In this document: piece after piece, positions 61,178 to 64,000 of the stretch
How the letters are laid out: each line of letters starts with the position of its first letter
Position numbering within the stretch: the first letter of the stretch is position 1
DNA from: Candidatus Marinacidobacterales bacterium
GTDB lineage: Bacteria > Acidobacteriota > Vicinamibacteria > Marinacidobacterales > SMYC01
Direction of reading: 5' to 3'
NCBI GenBank assembly: GCA_965224085.1
Contig: CBDCYI010000004.1
Location: 736,001 to 800,000 of the forward strand
Length of the DNA: 64,000 bases
The notes under the pieces: model-generated
Database searches by the model: none
The model's input: the letters and a program-made list of their open reading frames with translations, nothing else
Told to the model about the DNA's origin: nothing
Made by a program: the position numbers and the translations under genes

Positions 61178-62488
61178 ATGGGAACGACGTTATCGCCCGA
61201 CCAGCTGGTGATGGTCACTATCCTAGTCAAGCTGGGCGTCATGGCCTCGATCGCGAGCCTCTTGATTCGCTTCGGTGCCTTCAAGAGCCTTCTCTACAAA
61301 ACAGAGCTCTCGCTCAAGGAAAAGCTCATCTTCGCGCTTCTATCGGGGATGCTCTTGTCTTCGGGGGTCATTGTCCGTCTTCTCTTGAACTACGGCGCGG
61401 CCGATTTGTCGCTCTCGGGCACGGTGCTCGTCGGCTTGCTCGCGGGCCCTTTGACGGGCGCGGCCGTGGGTCTCATGGTGGGTGCGCCCGCCGCGTTCAA
61501 CGGCGCGCTCCTCGCGTTGCCGCTCGGGGTGCTCTACGGTGTGAGCGGCGGTATCGTTCGTGAGCTGTGTCGTAAAGAAGATATATGGAGCTTTTCACCG
61601 CTCATCTTCTTGAACCTCTACCGGATCGGTAAGACCGCCATACGAGACCGCATCTTCGATTGGCAGGTCGTCATTTTCGCGGTCACACTCGCGCTCGAAT
61701 CGTTGCGCATCTTCGTCGGCTCGGAGTTTCCCGGTTTCATCTTCCATCTGTCGTCGCAGAATCCTTGGGTCATGCTCGCCATTTACACCAGCACGCTGGC
61801 GGCGCTCGGCATTCCTTTGAAGATTTGGAACAACGTCCGGCTCGAGCGCAAGCTCGCTGAGCAGGAAGTGCTCGTGGTCCGGGCGCGACTCCAAGCGCTC
61901 TCGAGCCAGATCAATCCCCACTTTCTGTTCAATACGTTGAACTCTATTGCGTCGGCGACACGCACCAACCCGGAGGTCGCGAGGCGTCTCATCCGTAAGC
62001 TTTCGAGCATTCTGAGAAAGCTTCTTCAAGAGCAGGAGCACTTCGTACCGCTCAAAGAAGAGCTCGAGTTCATCGACTCCTATCTCGACATCGAGTCAGT
62101 CCGCTTCGGCGCGGGCAAGCTCGTCGTCGAGAAAGAAGTCGAGGACAACACACTCAACACCCTCGTGCCGTCGATGATCATCCAGCCTCTCGTCGAGAAT
62201 GCCGTCAAGCACGGCATCTCGACCCGGCTCGAGGGCGGGCGCATCGTGATCCGCGCCCGGCGCGGGATGGGCGCCGTCATCATCGAGATCGAAGATAATG
62301 GTGACGGCCTCCCGCAAGGCGAGCGCGCCGCCGAAGGCCACGGGATCGGCATCGCGAACGTAAACGAACGACTGAACGTCATCTATGGCGAGCCGTACAA
62401 GATCGAGCTCGTGAGCGCTCCCGATGAGGGCACCGTGGCGCGCATCGAGATCCCGGACGTCGATATCTCCCATTTGCGAGCGAGCTGA
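61178..62488 (+). CDS. LytS/YehU-family membrane sensor histidine kinase
   Basis: TM region, LSSQINPHFLFNTLN, QPLVENAVKHG, EDNG.G, GIGIANV. Confidence 0.93.
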   Translation: MGTTLSPDQLVMVTILVKLGVMASIASLLIRFGAFKSLLYKTELSLKEKLIFALLSGMLLSSGVIVRLLLNYGAADLSLSGTVLVGLLAGPLTGAAVGLMVGAPAAFNGALLALPLGVLYGVSGGIVRELCRKEDIWSFSPLIFLNLYRIGKTAIRDRIFDWQVVIFAVTLALESLRIFVGSEFPGFIFHLSSQNPWVMLAIYTSTLAALGIPLKIWNNVRLERKLAEQEVLVVRARLQALSSQINPHFLFNTLNSIASATRTNPEVARRLIRKLSSILRKLLQEQEHFVPLKEELEFIDSYLDIESVRFGAGKLVVEKEVEDNTLNTLVPSMIIQPLVENAVKHGISTRLEGGRIVIRARRGMGAVIIEIEDNGDGLPQGERAAEGHGIGIANVNERLNVIYGEPYKIELVSAPDEGTVARIEIPDVDISHLRAS

Positions 62489-62538
62489 CTAGTGGCCTCG
62501 AGCTTTATGCAACGAACCACTGAAAGAGGACACTACCC

Positions 62539-63300
62539 GTGAGCGTACGTGCCCTCGTCGTGGACGACGAACAGCTCGCCCGAGAGGAGCTCTGTTTTCT
62601 TCTCGAATCGGTCCCGGAGGTTGAAGTCGTTGGCCAGGCGCAAAACGGCCTCGAGGCCGTCGCGCTCGTGGAACGGCTCGCTCCCGAGCTTTTGTTTCTC
62701 GACATCCAGATGCCAGGTCTCGACGGATTCCAAGTGGCGCGCGAGCTCATGGGCCGCGACGATCTCCCTCGATTCATCTTCGTGACGGCCTACGATCGCT
62801 ATGCGATCAAAGCCTTCGAAGTCAATGCCGTCGATTATCTGCTGAAGCCCGTCGACAAAACGCGACTGGGCGAGGCCGTATCGAGGATCACACACGAAAA
62901 AGAAGGGAAGCCCATTGCGAGCCAGCTCGAGCGGCTCCTCGGAGCCCTCGAACGGACAAATGCGCAAAAGCGCCTCGTCGTCAAAGCGGGGGACCGCTTC
63001 ATGCTCGTCGATGCCTCGGACGTCATCTATGCAATGGTTGAAGACGGTGTCGTGACGATCGCGACGGATCGGGTAACGGGCACGTCGAACGTGCGCACGC
63101 TCGACGAGCTCTCGGCATCGCTCGACGCGGACGTGTTCTGGCGCGTCCACCGCTCGTACATCGTGAATTTGCAACGCATCAAGGAAGTCGTCCCATGGTT
63201 CAACCGCACGATCCAGCTCAAGATGGCGGATCGGAACGAAACCGAGATTCCGGTATCGCGCTCCCACACGCGGCGCCTCAAAGAGCACTTGAACTTGTAG
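62539..63300 (+). CDS. LytTR-family response regulator
   Basis: VDDE, FLDIQMP, FVTAYD, YLLKP, RVHRSYIVN, IPVSR. Confidence 0.95.
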   Translation: MSVRALVVDDEQLAREELCFLLESVPEVEVVGQAQNGLEAVALVERLAPELLFLDIQMPGLDGFQVARELMGRDDLPRFIFVTAYDRYAIKAFEVNAVDYLLKPVDKTRLGEAVSRITHEKEGKPIASQLERLLGALERTNAQKRLVVKAGDRFMLVDASDVIYAMVEDGVVTIATDRVTGTSNVRTLDELSASLDADVFWRVHRSYIVNLQRIKEVVPWFNRTIQLKMADRNETEIPVSRSHTRRLKEHLNL

Positions 63301-63373
63301 CGGAACCGGTCAACGATCTTCCCACTCGCGGACGCCACCGGCCCTCGAATCACATTATTGCAGGGCGGGTTCG

Positions 63374-63389
63374 TGGCACGTGGTTTGCT
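63374..63389 (+). promoter_or_regulatory. sigma54 promoter
   Basis: TGGCACGTGGTTTGCT (GG-N10-GC), followed by AAGGAGG RBS and ATG 63414. Confidence 0.8.
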
Positions 63390-63413
63390 ACTCGATTGAG
63401 CAAGGAGGAATCT

Positions 63414-63848
63414 ATGACCCATGAACGCTGGCGAGAGCCCGTATCGACCCTACCCAGCCCAGAGCACTGGGCGGCCAAAGAGAAGGAAGGATGGCACCCG
63501 GTGGCGATCGAGTGGGCGCGCGAGCCGAAGCCATCTGCCGAGGAGGCGCGTCAATATCAGCCCATTCCTTACGGATTGTGCATTTCTTCCGACTGCGCTC
63601 ATCTCGAGGTCGATCCCATCGAGAAAGAAGTCATGACGCTCGTGATCGCGATGATTGCCGGCGACCACCGCTTGTCCAAGATCGCCGCGGAGTTGAACCA
63701 GCGAGAACTTCGACCCCGTCAAGGGACGGAGTGGACTCAAGTGACCATCTTCAAGTTGCTGCCGCGCATCATCGAGTTCGGCCCAGAGATCATGTCGGCA
63801 GAGGCGTGGTCGAGCAGCAAGAAGGACGTGCTTGCCGCAGTCAGCTGA
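63414..63848 (+). CDS. protein with a stand-alone recombinase (serine-recombinase DNA-binding-like) domain
   Basis: PIPYG..L..DP.EKEV..LSKIAAELNQR..RPRQG..W; no catalytic resolvase domain. Confidence 0.7.
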   Translation: MTHERWREPVSTLPSPEHWAAKEKEGWHPVAIEWAREPKPSAEEARQYQPIPYGLCISSDCAHLEVDPIEKEVMTLVIAMIAGDHRLSKIAAELNQRELRPRQGTEWTQVTIFKLLPRIIEFGPEIMSAEAWSSSKKDVLAAVS

Positions 63849-63852
63849 ACAT

Positions 63853-63920
63853 CCTGGTCTGTGCGGAGGCCTGATCTGTGCGGAGGCCTGATCTGTGCGG
63901 AGGCCTGATCTGTGCGGAGG
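63853..63920 (+). repeat. 4 x 17-bp tandem repeat CCTGATCTGTGCGGAGG
   Basis: Units at 63853, 63870, 63887 and 63904; first unit has one mismatch. Confidence 0.95.
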
Positions 63921-64000
63921 GATGATGAGGTGAGGATGAAGTCCCAACCGAGATAAAGGCGCCGACCTCTCAGATTCTTCCCCTCGGATTACAACACGAG

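Noticed and set aside
63853-63920. CRISPR array
   Set aside because: Units are contiguous with no spacers and only 17 bp long; no cas genes are in the window

Overview
This is a GC-rich bacterial chromosome window. It is probably Acidobacteriota, Vicinamibacteria-like, inferred from an ADOP permease fragment, a DUF4388 protein and kinase beta-propeller remnants. Intact housekeeping and metabolic genes include galK, lactate permease, ggt, recA, tRNA-Phe, thiolase/hbd, maf, LytS/LytTR and mscS. They are interleaved with many deletion-collapsed, fused, inverted or frameshifted genes, which reflects genome erosion and/or assembly error. Two accessory regions stand out. (1) About 17.1-22.8 kb is a phage/satellite-like remnant with integrase-arm-like repeats, an IS110 stub, TPR+NHL cargo, a repeat-flanked membrane gene and terS/terL-like genes. 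(2) About 31.2-48.3 kb is an island ending at tRNA-Phe. It holds an orphan attC-like site, a flippase, a ribA-fragment/MDR dehydrogenase/B12-radical SAM/DUF2332/Nif11-like-PhyH operon, 2OG dioxygenases, GT-C glycosyltransferases and a 168-bp fold-back element. Signals absent from the ORF track include a MerB-like remnant with an in-frame TGA at the catalytic Cys position followed by a SECIS-like hairpin, and three sigma54 promoters. All family assignments come from motif recognition by eye; no database searches were run.
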